From positions 32,001-96,000 of the forward strand of contig JBCNVN010000002.1 of the NCBI GenBank assembly GCA_039630055.1: a stretch of DNA of 64,000 nucleotides, given 5' to 3'. This document shows, in pieces, positions 37,998-48,659 of the stretch (position 1 is its first letter; every line of letters starts with the position of its first letter). Source of the DNA: Candidatus Caldarchaeales archaeon. Its GTDB lineage: Archaea > Thermoproteota > Nitrososphaeria_A > Caldarchaeales > Wolframiiraptoraceae. The notes beneath the pieces are model-generated. The model was not told the origin of the DNA. It saw only the letters and a list, made by a program, of their open reading frames with translations, and made no database searches. A program made the translations under genes and the position numbers.

Positions 37998-40595
37998 ATG
38001 ATTAGATGGTCTATTTTAATAGGAATGTGCCTTACATTGATGCTTCTACTAATACCGATAGTTACAGCGATAACAGATCAAGGTGCAATAAGTGAGTATA
38101 CTCCACCCCATACAAGACCTGGGCCTGCCTCCGAAACAATAATATTCAGATCCGTCAGCTTAGATCTTGCACCAGCTGCATTAGAAGCAGGAGAAATAGA
38201 TGCATATCTTTTTGGTTTAAGATCAACTGTTGCCGCTGAGCTTGTAGGAAAACCTACGATTACATTAATTAATGCACCATCAGGTTTATATAGCGTTGTT
38301 TTAAACCCTGCACCCGCTCCAGAAGGACGGCTGAACCCTCTATCAATACCCGAAGTGAGAATTGCATTACAGTATATAGTTAATCGAGATTATATCAGCA
38401 AAGAGATTTTCAGAGGATTTGCATCACCTATGGTAACATTTCTAAGCGCATACGATCCAGACTATATAACTATATTCGATATTATTAAGAAGTATGAATT
38501 CAGATATGATCCAGAATATGCGAAAAAGCTAGTTACAGATGCTATGACTAAGGCTGGAGCCGTTCTGAAAGAAGGCAAATGGCATTATAAAGATGAGCCT
38601 ATAACATTAAAATTCATAATAAGAATTGAAGATGAGAGGAGACAGATTGGTGACTCGATAGCTACAGACCTTGAGAGACTAGGATTCCAAGTAGAGAGAC
38701 TATATCATCCATTTGGAGTAGCAATAGAAAAAGTATATCTTACTGATCCGAGAAATTTTGAATGGCATCTCTACACTGAGGGATGGGGTAAAGGTGCACC
38801 TGAAAAATACGATTCTTCAACTATAAACCAGATGTGTGCTCCATGGTTTGGATATATGCCTGGATGGCAAGACCCAGCTTACTGGAATTACGTAAACGAT
38901 GAACTTGATGAACTTGGTAAGAAGATATCTCTTGCAGAATTCCAAGATCTGGAAACAAGAAATAAACTATATAGAGAAGCGACTGAGATTTGTATTAAAG
39001 AATCTATCAGATTATGGGTTGCAACTAGATTAGATGCCTATGGTCTTAACCCAAACATGAAAGGTATTACAAATGATGTTGGAACAGGTCTAAGAGGTAC
39101 TTGGAATCCGAGAGAGGTTTGGATGCCTGGGAAAGATACTTTGGTGTTTGGTCATCTATGGGTTTGGACTGAGACTACGACTTGGAACTGGGTTGGAGGC
39201 TTCCAAGATGTTTACAGCGTCGATATTAGGAAAGCTATACATGATTCACCTGTATATAGACATCCATTCATGGGGCCACCGATACCATTTAGAGCGAGCT
39301 ATAAAGTTGAGACAGCTGGACCTTTCGGAAAATTAACTGTACCAGAGGGAACATATATATGGGATGCTAAAGAAGATAAGTGGGTTTCGGTAGCAGGCAG
39401 GGAGGCAACGAGCAAGGTAACATGGGATCTAAGCAAATACTTAAAGTCTAAGTGGCATCATGGTCAACCAATAAGAATGAGCGACATATTGTACTTCATA
39501 GCATCTATGATTGAGAACACTTATGATGAAGAGAAATCCGCTATCGAGAGCGCTATCGCTGAGACCGTTAAGGTAACTCTAGATAAATTCGTTGGATTAA
39601 GGATAGTTGATGAAAACACTGTAGAAACTTATGTTAACTATTGGCACTTCGATTCAAACTACATAGCAGAGTTCGCATCGCCCTTAGCAATCGATTACGC
39701 CATGTTTTACAGTGAGACACCTCCATGGGAGCTTATGGCCGCTATGAATGAGCTCGTATTCGTTAAGAAGCAGGCTGCCTATGGTCAGACAACTGCTGAG
39801 AAACTTGGAATACCATGGCTCTCAGTAGTCCTAGAAGATCATGCAGAGATGGTAAAGAATGTGTTGGAAGAGTTTACTGCAAAAGGATTCTTCCCAGAGA
39901 ACTACTTCAAGCTCGATGATAAAGTATACTCATCTAGAGATGAGGCATTAGCCAGATACCGTGCAGCGATCTCATGGTTTAATGAACATAGGCATATGCA
40001 GATAAGTAATGGCCCATTCTATCTAAATAAGTTCGATTCTGCTGCACAGTATGCTGAGCTAAAAGCCTTTAGAGATCCAACTTATCCATTCAAGCCTGGA
40101 GATTGGTACTTTGGAATACCTGAAATAGTAGAGATAATGGATATCAAAGTAAGAGATGTAATTGCAGGTGATGAAGTAGTATTCACAGTAGACATATCGG
40201 GACCTGGAACACTTGGTGTCAAGTATCTCATAGTTAATCCAGCTACAGGTGAGATACTGGCCACAGGTGAAGCTAGGAAAGTTACCCCTACAAGATTTGA
40301 GATAGAGCTGTCTAAAGGATTTACATGGGAGGCTGGTGATGGAACATATAACTTAGTAATAGGTGGATATAGTGATCAGGTAGCATTTGTAGGAGAAGGT
40401 GTTGAGAGCTTTAAGATCTTAGAACGTAAAGTGGAGGTAGAGAGAACTGTATACTTGACGCAGACAGTAACTACCACAGTAACTACTACAGTAACGACGA
40501 TCTCTGTAGAGGCCGTAGGAATATTCGCCATCATATTAATAATAGCAGTAGCTTTAACATTTATTATCTCAACAAGGTTGAAGAAGATAAAATAG
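37998..40595 (+). CDS. Peptide/oligopeptide ABC transporter substrate-binding protein (family 5) with Thr-rich linker and C-terminal anchor
   Basis: NPLSIPEVRIALQYIVNR, WHHGQPI..SD, SNGPFYL, TVTTTVTTT plus TM. Confidence 0.88.
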   Translation: MIRWSILIGMCLTLMLLLIPIVTAITDQGAISEYTPPHTRPGPASETIIFRSVSLDLAPAALEAGEIDAYLFGLRSTVAAELVGKPTITLINAPSGLYSVVLNPAPAPEGRLNPLSIPEVRIALQYIVNRDYISKEIFRGFASPMVTFLSAYDPDYITIFDIIKKYEFRYDPEYAKKLVTDAMTKAGAVLKEGKWHYKDEPITLKFIIRIEDERRQIGDSIATDLERLGFQVERLYHPFGVAIEKVYLTDPRNFEWHLYTEGWGKGAPEKYDSSTINQMCAPWFGYMPGWQDPAYWNYVNDELDELGKKISLAEFQDLETRNKLYREATEICIKESIRLWVATRLDAYGLNPNMKGITNDVGTGLRGTWNPREVWMPGKDTLVFGHLWVWTETTTWNWVGGFQDVYSVDIRKAIHDSPVYRHPFMGPPIPFRASYKVETAGPFGKLTVPEGTYIWDAKEDKWVSVAGREATSKVTWDLSKYLKSKWHHGQPIRMSDILYFIASMIENTYDEEKSAIESAIAETVKVTLDKFVGLRIVDENTVETYVNYWHFDSNYIAEFASPLAIDYAMFYSETPPWELMAAMNELVFVKKQAAYGQTTAEKLGIPWLSVVLEDHAEMVKNVLEEFTAKGFFPENYFKLDDKVYSSRDEALARYRAAISWFNEHRHMQISNGPFYLNKFDSAAQYAELKAFRDPTYPFKPGDWYFGIPEIVEIMDIKVRDVIAGDEVVFTVDISGPGTLGVKYLIVNPATGEILATGEARKVTPTRFEIELSKGFTWEAGDGTYNLVIGGYSDQVAFVGEGVESFKILERKVEVERTVYLTQTVTTTVTTTVTTISVEAVGIFAIILIIAVALTFIISTRLKKIK

Positions 40596-40663
40596 AACAT
40601 TCTCTTAATTTTTTAATTTTTGAATGCTTATAAGATGGTGTCTAAAAAACTCGATAGGTTAAG

Positions 40664-41710
40664 ATGGGTCTAGCTAGAACGCTCTTATTTAGAGCTTTTA
40701 CCTTAACTTTAGTCTTAGTACTCGTCGTATTTTTTATGGTTATAATTTTAGGAGCTACGGGTACATCTGATAAGATTCTACAAGCTATGGTAAATGAAGA
40801 AGTCATGATGTTGAGGCAAACTCTCTCTAAAACTATTAAAGACCCTGAAGAACTTGATCGAGTACTGGCTATAAGAAAACAAGAATTCATGGAGTTTTAT
40901 GGTTTAACTAAGCCTTGGTATGTCCGCTTACCAGATATGGCCTCGAGAATTATATTTTTAGATCTTGGTAAAGCGAGGACTTTAAAGACTTTCACAGGAG
41001 GAAATAAAGTTTCAGACATAATCATGGAAAGATTACCAAATACTATTATACTAGTAACCTCGGCTACAGTTATCAGTGCGTTAATAGGATTAGTTCTAGG
41101 CGTAAAGATAGCGACGAGGGTTGGCGGAATACTAGATAGAGTCTCGTCATATTTCTCTGCAATCTCCTATGCTATTCCAACATGGTGGATAGGGATAATA
41201 CTCATACTATTATTCTCGTTCCTACTTCGATTATTCCCATTTGGTGGACTCTACAGTATTCCACCACCAACAGATCCTCTCCTAAGATCTTTAGACATGT
41301 TATGGCACGCGGTTCTACCAGTAACTACCTTAGTGATAGTTCTTGTAGGAGTATGGATATACACTACTAGGACAATCGTACTCAATACAGCTCAAGAAGA
41401 TTTTGTTAATGCGGCTAGAGCTAGAGGAATTCCTGAAGAACTAGTTAGGAGGAGATATATTATCAGAGTTGCAGCTCCACCCATCTTAACAAATGTTATC
41501 TTGGGTTTAGCTACTTCTATATCTGGAGCGATCTTAACCGAGACCGTCTTTAGCTGGCCTGGAATTGGAAGACTTTTTTATGATGCCGTACTAGTGATGG
41601 ATGAAGTAGTTATAATAGCATTAACATATATTTTTACCCTAGTCTACGTTATTGCAAGATTCATTTTAGAAGTCTTATATGTCATACTAGACCCGAGGGT
41701 GAGATATTAA
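40664..41710 (+). CDS. Peptide ABC transporter permease (DppB/OppB-like)
   Basis: RLPNT, EDFVNAARARG (EAA loop), ETVFSWPGIG, LDPRVR. Confidence 0.93.
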   Translation: MGLARTLLFRAFTLTLVLVLVVFFMVIILGATGTSDKILQAMVNEEVMMLRQTLSKTIKDPEELDRVLAIRKQEFMEFYGLTKPWYVRLPDMASRIIFLDLGKARTLKTFTGGNKVSDIIMERLPNTIILVTSATVISALIGLVLGVKIATRVGGILDRVSSYFSAISYAIPTWWIGIILILLFSFLLRLFPFGGLYSIPPPTDPLLRSLDMLWHAVLPVTTLVIVLVGVWIYTTRTIVLNTAQEDFVNAARARGIPEELVRRRYIIRVAAPPILTNVILGLATSISGAILTETVFSWPGIGRLFYDAVLVMDEVVIIALTYIFTLVYVIARFILEVLYVILDPRVRY

Positions 41711-43146
41711 TGTCGATGAAGTTTAGAAGAGGCTTCGAAGAATTTTGGAGGCTTAATGTATCTAAAGTGGGATTAGTATTCCTATCAATTCTCATAATAG
41801 TTGGCATCTATGTTACTGTCTCATTTCCCTTAGATTTTGGGGTAAGATACTGGAACAATCCTTCTTTCTGGGCTGACTATCCTAAATCTGCTCCACCAGC
41901 TTGGACGAACTATCTATCCAGCGAGAAATCCCCTGAACACTATGTCCAAGTATATAGCAAGCCATCCAATATCACTTTAACCAGTACTGGTAGAAAATTA
42001 TCGTATATCTTTAAAGTAAATTTTATGGCAGATAAAACTCCAACATTCATATCGTTCACCATAATGAATATAACCTATTATGATAAACCTCCAATTATAA
42101 GATTGAGCGTCCATAGACCAGACGAGAAGAAGATAGAATTATACTCATTTATTGTGACTGCTCCATATCTAGGAGAAGAACCACCTTACAATAGATATTA
42201 CGATCAGCCTAAGAGAATCTCGATAACAGGGGATATGTCGGTTGCAACCACTCTTTCACGATTCTTATACAGAGAATATAATGTAACATTAAAACCTAGT
42301 GAGGTAAACTCTATCGGTCAGCATAAAATAGTATTCAGTATACCTACGGGAGATGGCGGATTCAAGACATTGAAAGGAGAATATATCTTCACGATAGATG
42401 CCGAGACATTTAACCCGAATGATAAGGTTGGTGGAGTAATGCTAGTTTTGGGAGGAGAAGTCTATGGAATAATGGGCACGGATTCTCTTGGAAGAGATCT
42501 ATCCATCGGTCTTCTATTCGGGTTCCCAATAGCACTATTCATAGGTATAGTTACTTCAACCATAACTACATTATTAGGTGCAGGTCTCGGAATACTGGGG
42601 GGATACATAGGTGGAAAGATAGATGAAGCTATTCAAAGGATAGCAGACTTCATTAATAATATTCCTCTACTACCACTCTTGATATTTCTAGCATTTATAC
42701 TTGGACAGAATATATGGATACTAGTCTTCCTACTCGTAATCTTCGGATGGCCTACCCTAACCATAGTTGTAAGATCTATGGTTTTACAGATCAAAACAGG
42801 ACAATTTATAGAGGCAGCTATTTCTATAGGTGCACCAAGATGGTGGATAATGTTCAAGCACATCTTTCCACAAGTTGCACCATTCATCTTTGCTCAATTA
42901 ATCTTCTTCACACCTACATTCATACTTCTTGAGGCGGCTCTAAGCTTTCTGGGATTAGGAGACCCGACACTGCCTACATGGGGTCAGATCTTAGAATATG
43001 GTTTTAGAAGTGGTGGAATATATGTTGGATTATGGTGGTGGATAATACCTCCAGGCCTCTTGATAATATGGACTGCTGTAACTTTTGTCTTGATAGCATT
43101 AGGCATGGAGCCTGTGGTTAATCCTAGATTAAGGAGAATGAGATAA
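41710..43146 (+). CDS. Peptide ABC transporter permease (DppC/OppC-like) with large extracellular insert
   Basis: MGTDSLGRD, FIEAAISIG, EAALSFLGLG, PTWGQIL, NPRLR. Confidence 0.93.
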   Translation: MSMKFRRGFEEFWRLNVSKVGLVFLSILIIVGIYVTVSFPLDFGVRYWNNPSFWADYPKSAPPAWTNYLSSEKSPEHYVQVYSKPSNITLTSTGRKLSYIFKVNFMADKTPTFISFTIMNITYYDKPPIIRLSVHRPDEKKIELYSFIVTAPYLGEEPPYNRYYDQPKRISITGDMSVATTLSRFLYREYNVTLKPSEVNSIGQHKIVFSIPTGDGGFKTLKGEYIFTIDAETFNPNDKVGGVMLVLGGEVYGIMGTDSLGRDLSIGLLFGFPIALFIGIVTSTITTLLGAGLGILGGYIGGKIDEAIQRIADFINNIPLLPLLIFLAFILGQNIWILVFLLVIFGWPTLTIVVRSMVLQIKTGQFIEAAISIGAPRWWIMFKHIFPQVAPFIFAQLIFFTPTFILLEAALSFLGLGDPTLPTWGQILEYGFRSGGIYVGLWWWIIPPGLLIIWTAVTFVLIALGMEPVVNPRLRRMR

Positions 43147-43163
43147 TATGCAGGTGAAGATGC

Positions 43164-44129
43164 ATGTCTATATTAAAAATAGAGAATTTAAAGCTTTTCT
43201 ATCAGACTCTAAGAGGCATCGTTAGAGCTGTTGATAATGTTTCTCTTCAATTAGAACATGGTGAGGCTCTAGGTGTTGTCGGCGAGTCTGGATGCGGTAA
43301 GACTAGTCTGGCTAATGCTATAATGAAGACTCTTCCAAACAATGTGGCCACATATGAAGGAAAGATCCTGTTAGATGGAGTGAATATCGTTGAACTATCT
43401 GAAGAAGAAGTTAGGAGAAATATTAGGTGGAAAAAGATCTCGATAGTCTTTCAAGGGGCTATGAATGTATTGAATCCAGTAATTAGAGTGGGGTCACAGA
43501 TAGCTGAGCCTTTAATAGTCCATTTAGAGATGAAGAAGGATGAAGCATACAATATAGCTAGAGAGAAGATGAAGCTTGTCGGATTACATGAAGAATTGTT
43601 TGATCGATATCCTCATGAACTGAGTGGAGGAATGAAGCAAAGAGTAGTAATAGCTATGGCACTGGTTATGAACCCTAAGATCATCATACTCGATGAGCCC
43701 ACTTCAGCGTTAGATGTAAGTATTCAAGCCCAGATAATGAATCTACTGAAGAGATTGAAGAGGGAGCTCAACCTCTCAATGATCTTCATTACACATGATA
43801 TAGCTTTAGCAAGCGATATAAGCGATAGGATCGCTGTAATGTATGCTGGACAGATCGTAGAGATGGGTTCAGCAGAACAAGTATTATTATCGTCTAAACA
43901 TCCCTATAGTCAGAAGTTATTAAAAGCTACACCAAGATTAAAAGGAGAAGAAAAACCAGAATTCATCCCCGGCACTCCTCCAGACTTAGTTAATCCTCCC
44001 AGTGGATGCAGGTTTCATCCAAGATGCCCATATGTTATGGAGATATGTAGAATACGTGAACCATTGAATTTTGAGTTAGAGAGTGGTTGGAGAACGATGT
44101 GCTGGCTATATGGTGAAGAAGATGGATGA
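43164..44129 (+). CDS. Peptide ABC transporter ATP-binding protein (DppD/OppD)
   Basis: GESGCGKT, YPHELSGGMKQR, DEPTSALD, GCRFHPRCP. Confidence 0.95.
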   Translation: MSILKIENLKLFYQTLRGIVRAVDNVSLQLEHGEALGVVGESGCGKTSLANAIMKTLPNNVATYEGKILLDGVNIVELSEEEVRRNIRWKKISIVFQGAMNVLNPVIRVGSQIAEPLIVHLEMKKDEAYNIAREKMKLVGLHEELFDRYPHELSGGMKQRVVIAMALVMNPKIIILDEPTSALDVSIQAQIMNLLKRLKRELNLSMIFITHDIALASDISDRIAVMYAGQIVEMGSAEQVLLSSKHPYSQKLLKATPRLKGEEKPEFIPGTPPDLVNPPSGCRFHPRCPYVMEICRIREPLNFELESGWRTMCWLYGEEDG

Positions 44130-45090
44130 AGAGTTAGTAAGGCTTGAAAACATTAAGATGTATTTCCAATCTAGAGTAGGTTTATTCAAGACAATACCCA
44201 TAAAAGCGGTAGATGGTGTAAGCATAGGGATAGCTAGAGGGGAGGCTCTTGCACTGGTTGGAGAGTCTGGATGCGGTAAAACCACTATTGCCAGAGTCTC
44301 TCTAAGACTACTCAAACCAACTGTTGGAAGAGTATTCTTTAACAATAGAGATATCACCGACTCGGCCGAGAAAGATCTAAAATGGTTTAGAAAAAGAGCT
44401 CAAGCAATCTTCCAAGATCCATATTCAAGCATAAATCCATTCATGACGATTAGAGAGATACTTGAGGAGCCGCTCATACTACATAATATAGGAGATAAAG
44501 ATGAGCGGCTTGAGCTTATTGCTAAAGTCTTAACCGATGTAAAGCTTACACCCATAGAAGAATTCATGGATAAGTATCCTCATATTTTAAGTGGTGGACA
44601 AAGACAGAGGGTTGGAATAGCCCGTGCACTTATCTTAAAACCAGACTATATAGCTGCAGATGAGCCTGTCTCAATGATAGATGCATCTAGTAGAGCAGAG
44701 ATACTCTATCTCTTAGGAGAGCTTCAAGAGAGATACGGTATTACCTTCCTCTACATAACACATGACATAGCTACAGCTAAATATTTTAGCGATAGGATAG
44801 CTGTAATGTATCTTGGCGAGATAATAGAGCTTGCAGAATCACGTGAAATAGTTAGAAACCCTCTACACCCCTACACGCAAGCATTGATAGAATCGGTTCC
44901 CGAACCTGATCCATTAAATAGATTTAGAGAGAGGAGAGTTATAGTAGGTGAACCTCCAAGCCCCGTTAATCCACCTAGTGGATGTAGATTTCATCCAAGA
45001 TGTCAATACAGATTTGAACCATGTGATAAGAAAAGGCCAGAACTGAAGGAAGTTAAAAAAGGTCATTTCGTAGCTTGCTTCCTATATTAG
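44083..45090 (+). CDS. Peptide ABC transporter ATP-binding protein (DppF/OppF)
   Basis: GESGCGKT, LSGGQRQR, ADEPVSMID, GCRFHPRC. Confidence 0.95.
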   Translation: MVGERCAGYMVKKMDEELVRLENIKMYFQSRVGLFKTIPIKAVDGVSIGIARGEALALVGESGCGKTTIARVSLRLLKPTVGRVFFNNRDITDSAEKDLKWFRKRAQAIFQDPYSSINPFMTIREILEEPLILHNIGDKDERLELIAKVLTDVKLTPIEEFMDKYPHILSGGQRQRVGIARALILKPDYIAADEPVSMIDASSRAEILYLLGELQERYGITFLYITHDIATAKYFSDRIAVMYLGEIIELAESREIVRNPLHPYTQALIESVPEPDPLNRFRERRVIVGEPPSPVNPPSGCRFHPRCQYRFEPCDKKRPELKEVKKGHFVACFLY

Positions 45091-45186
45091 CTAACTACAC
45101 TGATAGTTAAGGGAGAGCATGTTGAATTAGAGTATTGGAGGGTTTTTGTGGGAAGGTTTTAATAATCTTGAATCTAACCATTATAC

Positions 45187-45477
45187 ATGGAAGATTATTT
45201 TCTTCTATTACTCATCATACCTATAATAGTGTTTTCGACAACTACATTACTATACATATTTCTCTTTGTAAAGACTTGGAAGACATTTGGAGAGGATAGT
45301 AACGGGAGATGGCTTAGCCAGCCGATATTAGACCAGAAAGGATTGGAAAGATTGAGAGAGAATCTTAGAAGTAGAAAAGATATAGAGAATGTACAGAGTT
45401 TGATAGAGAAGTTGAGAACTTTGAGAAAAGAAGTGGAGGAGATTTTAGATGATCTCCGAAGAAGTAAGGAGAGCTAG
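45187..45477 (+). CDS. Hypothetical single-TM coiled-coil protein
   Basis: N-terminal hydrophobic helix, charged helical C-terminus; overlaps rpiA. Confidence 0.6.
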   Translation: MEDYFLLLLIIPIIVFSTTTLLYIFLFVKTWKTFGEDSNGRWLSQPILDQKGLERLRENLRSRKDIENVQSLIEKLRTLRKEVEEILDDLRRSKES

Positions 45478-46168
45478 AGAAGCCGCCATCTCAAGAGCTT
45501 TAAGATATATTGAGGACGGCATGGTAATAGGATTTGGAACAGGGTCAACGATGGCACAAGCGATCGGTTATATAAGAAAGAAGGTTCAAGAAGAGGAGAT
45601 GAAACTCTTCTTCATCCCAACATCTCTCCAGTCTAGACAGCTGATATTAGAGAATCATCTAAAGATCGTTAGCCTCTATGAGTATCCTGAACCAGATTTA
45701 ATGATAGATAGTTTTGACCAATCCGATAGAGAGGGGAATGTTATAAAGGGTGGCGGTGGCGCAATGTTAATGGAGAAGATTATTGCACAAACATCTAGAA
45801 GAGTAGTCTTTATCGGAGATTACCTAAAACTAACAGATAAGTTGAAGATGCCGGTACCCGTAGAGATATTGGAAGATGCTTACCCTCATGTTAAAAGAGT
45901 TTTGGAGAAGGCGGATCTTAAGCTTAAGCTGAGAGAATCGACTGGCAAGATGGGGCCTGTGATAAGTGATAAAGGAAATATTTTAGGAGATGTTGATGCA
46001 GGAGTAATTGAAGATCCAGATAGATTAGATAGATTTTTAAGATCTATAGCTGGACTGATTGAGACAGGCTTGTTCCCGAAACTATCCGACAAGATCATAA
46101 TTGGAAGAATGGATGGAGAAGTGGATGAGATAGATGTCCAGAAGAGAAGGCTAATATACGATTCTTAA
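45449..46168 (+). CDS. rpiA: Ribose-5-phosphate isomerase A
   Basis: GFGTGST, IDSFDQ (DGAD-like), IKGGGGAM..EK, GPVISDKGN. Confidence 0.92.
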   Translation: MISEEVRRAREAAISRALRYIEDGMVIGFGTGSTMAQAIGYIRKKVQEEEMKLFFIPTSLQSRQLILENHLKIVSLYEYPEPDLMIDSFDQSDREGNVIKGGGGAMLMEKIIAQTSRRVVFIGDYLKLTDKLKMPVPVEILEDAYPHVKRVLEKADLKLKLRESTGKMGPVISDKGNILGDVDAGVIEDPDRLDRFLRSIAGLIETGLFPKLSDKIIIGRMDGEVDEIDVQKRRLIYDS

Positions 46169-46326
46169 ATTTAGATTCAAAAATTTGAACATTTTAATCT
46201 ATATGAATTCGGTAGATTAACATGAACCTTTATCATGAAAAGCTATATACTGCTTGACCAATTTATCAGCAGAGAACACAATACCATGAAGGGTTAAAAA
46301 TTAAGGTGTACGCTAGAGTTACGTGT

Positions 46327-46420
46327 GCCGGGGTAACTTAGCCTGGTTAGAGTGCGAGGCTCATAATCCATAGGTTTGGATGCAACCTCGAAGTCGAGGG
46401 TTCAAATCCCTCCCCCGGCA
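46327..46420 (+). tRNA. tRNA-Met(CAT), elongator type, with 19-nt intron in the anticodon loop (about 46366-46384)
   Basis: Acceptor stem GCCGGGG/CCCCGGC, anticodon stem CGAGG/CCTCG with CAT at 46362-46364, T-arm GAGGG-TTCAAAT-CCCTC, discriminator A, no encoded CCA. Confidence 0.93.
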
Positions 46421-46878
46421 TATTAAATAGTTGTTAGAGACCTCATAATTTTACATCTGCCATCAGAATCATCCAATATTTCTCATCGAGTATATCTAAA
46501 ATATCTACGAGATCTTTCGTGAGTTTTAGATTTTACGAGGTCGAGGCGATTGAGAATGTTAAGGATCGTTCTCATATGATCTCAAGAGAAATAAACATGA
46601 CTATCTTCTTTATTGTTTTAAAGAAGTTATTGGAAGATGTGATAAAGTGGTATACGGTCTACAATCTTCTCTAAGATCCGGCTACATTATGGAAGTTTTT
46701 ACCTAAAATCGAAAGGCATAGGATCTATTAAAATAGAGATTCAGAGATTCCTCATCATATTACTACCTCAACATTATATAATAGCAAGAGGATTTGCTGT
46801 TAACTGACTAGACTCTTTTATCTTTATGTCAGTTTAATACTTAAATCTGTCATCAAAAATATCTATTCAGAGAAATTT

Positions 46879-48657
46879 ATGGAGAAAGTTTATAATCCAT
46901 CATATAAGAGGAAAGGTAATAAGATCAATATCGTGTTTTGTGGTTCAAATTTTGTAGGATATACTGGAGAACCACTCTCCATATCACTTTACTCACAAGG
47001 GGTTAAAGCTTTAGGTAAAAGTAAGAGGCTCTATAGATGGAGAGGTTTCTATAGTTTAAGCCCTCAAGATAGGATTATCTTGGTAAACTTTGGGGGAGAG
47101 TATGTAGATCCATCAGTGGTTCTCTGCAGAGAGGGACAACATGTATACTCAAATCTGAAAACACCCTTACTCGTAAAGATAACTTCCCACTTTCTAGATG
47201 GATTCTTACAGCATAGAAAGCTTATAAAGAATAAGTTCGTATGGAAGCAAGCTATCCAAATGATAAAAAAATTTTCAAACGATCCTGATGTTAAAGATTT
47301 TACAGCTGTTAAAAGAGGGAAGATCATAAATGTTGAGTCTGATGTCGTGGTTGTTGGTGGAGGTTTGGCAGGATTAACTGCAGCTGACACTACGAGTAAG
47401 TTTGGTTTAAGAGTGGTATTGGTGGATGATTCTAGAGAGTTGGGAGGTAGAATGAGGTACGACTTTACCGATCCTCCAGGGGTAGACTTATCTAGAGGGT
47501 CTCTACTGGAGAGGCTCTTGAATAATATCGGTATTAGGGGTGTAAGGATATTAACAAAAACGATCTTTGCAGGTTTCTTCGAAGACCATGCTATAGCCTA
47601 TTCCGAGGAAGAGAATATTCTCTACATACTTAAAGCGAAAGCATACATTCTAGCAACTGGAAAAGTAGATCTCCCATGTATTTTTAGAGGCAATGATCTT
47701 CCAGGAGTCATATCAGGTTCCACGGCACTAGAGATGATGAATTGGTATGGTGTTAAACCTGGAAGGAGTGGAGTTATCTTAGGCGCATCTGATTATAGTT
47801 TAAGAATAGCTCAACAATTGAAGCGTTTAGATATAGACTTGACGATATTAGACTCTTCAAAGACTTCTAATATCCTTTCCGGTCTAGAGAAGATTGGAGG
47901 ATATATTCATAATGTCAGAGAGATTAAAGCTTTAGGTGACAGATCTGTAAAGAAAGTCAAGGTATTTCATGATGGTGGAGTCGATACCATAGACGTAGAT
48001 TTCATCGTTTGCTCCGCTATCTCAAATCCAGACCTAAAGATCACAGGTCAACTATATCCCAAGACGATATTCATAGATGGGGTAGGTTTCGTTCCAGTTC
48101 ACAGTAAACACATGGAAGTAAAGGATGGAGTATTCATAGCAGGGGGGTCAACAGGATCACCTTATGGTATTCTACATATTATGGAGGGGGAGATTGCTGG
48201 ATTGGCTGCAGCTTCTAGGTCTGGTGTAAAAGGATTAGAAGAAGAATTATTCCAAAAGGTTGAGGGATATGATAAGAAGCTGTACGAGATGGGAGTTACA
48301 TGGAAAGAAAAAATCTTCAAGACATTCTATGGGATGCCTTTAGAAGATTTTTCTGCAAATCATCTATCTCACATCTTTATAGAGAAGCCTAGTAGAGATG
48401 CATTCATATGCTTCTGCGAAGATATAACTACTAAAGACATAGCAAGGACCGTCTTCGAGAAAGGATATAGAATCTTAGAGCTGGTGAAGAGAAGTTTAGG
48501 AATCTGTACAGGTAGGTGTCAAGGAAGATTATGTATGGTGAATGCATCTCTCTATATATCCTATTTGACAGATTCAAAGCCGGACGATATCGGTTTAACT
48601 AGGATTAGAGCACCAGCCATCTCTATACCTTTATACATGCTGGGAGGCGAGGTGTAG
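46879..48657 (+). CDS. Sarcosine oxidase alpha / dye-linked proline dehydrogenase alpha-like subunit
   Basis: VVGGGLAG, LATG..D.P..F.GNDLPGV, C-terminal CFCED...CTGRCQGRLC. Confidence 0.85.
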   Translation: MEKVYNPSYKRKGNKINIVFCGSNFVGYTGEPLSISLYSQGVKALGKSKRLYRWRGFYSLSPQDRIILVNFGGEYVDPSVVLCREGQHVYSNLKTPLLVKITSHFLDGFLQHRKLIKNKFVWKQAIQMIKKFSNDPDVKDFTAVKRGKIINVESDVVVVGGGLAGLTAADTTSKFGLRVVLVDDSRELGGRMRYDFTDPPGVDLSRGSLLERLLNNIGIRGVRILTKTIFAGFFEDHAIAYSEEENILYILKAKAYILATGKVDLPCIFRGNDLPGVISGSTALEMMNWYGVKPGRSGVILGASDYSLRIAQQLKRLDIDLTILDSSKTSNILSGLEKIGGYIHNVREIKALGDRSVKKVKVFHDGGVDTIDVDFIVCSAISNPDLKITGQLYPKTIFIDGVGFVPVHSKHMEVKDGVFIAGGSTGSPYGILHIMEGEIAGLAAASRSGVKGLEEELFQKVEGYDKKLYEMGVTWKEKIFKTFYGMPLEDFSANHLSHIFIEKPSRDAFICFCEDITTKDIARTVFEKGYRILELVKRSLGICTGRCQGRLCMVNASLYISYLTDSKPDDIGLTRIRAPAISIPLYMLGGEV

Positions 48658-48659
48658 AG

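Noticed and set aside
40464-40500. 12-bp imperfect repeats (ACAGTAACTACC-like)
   Set aside because: They simply encode the TVTT Thr-rich linker typical of archaeal membrane-anchored binding proteins
46421-46878. Integrated element at the tRNA-Met 3' end
   Set aside because: No integrase, and I found no repeat of the tRNA 3' end elsewhere in the window
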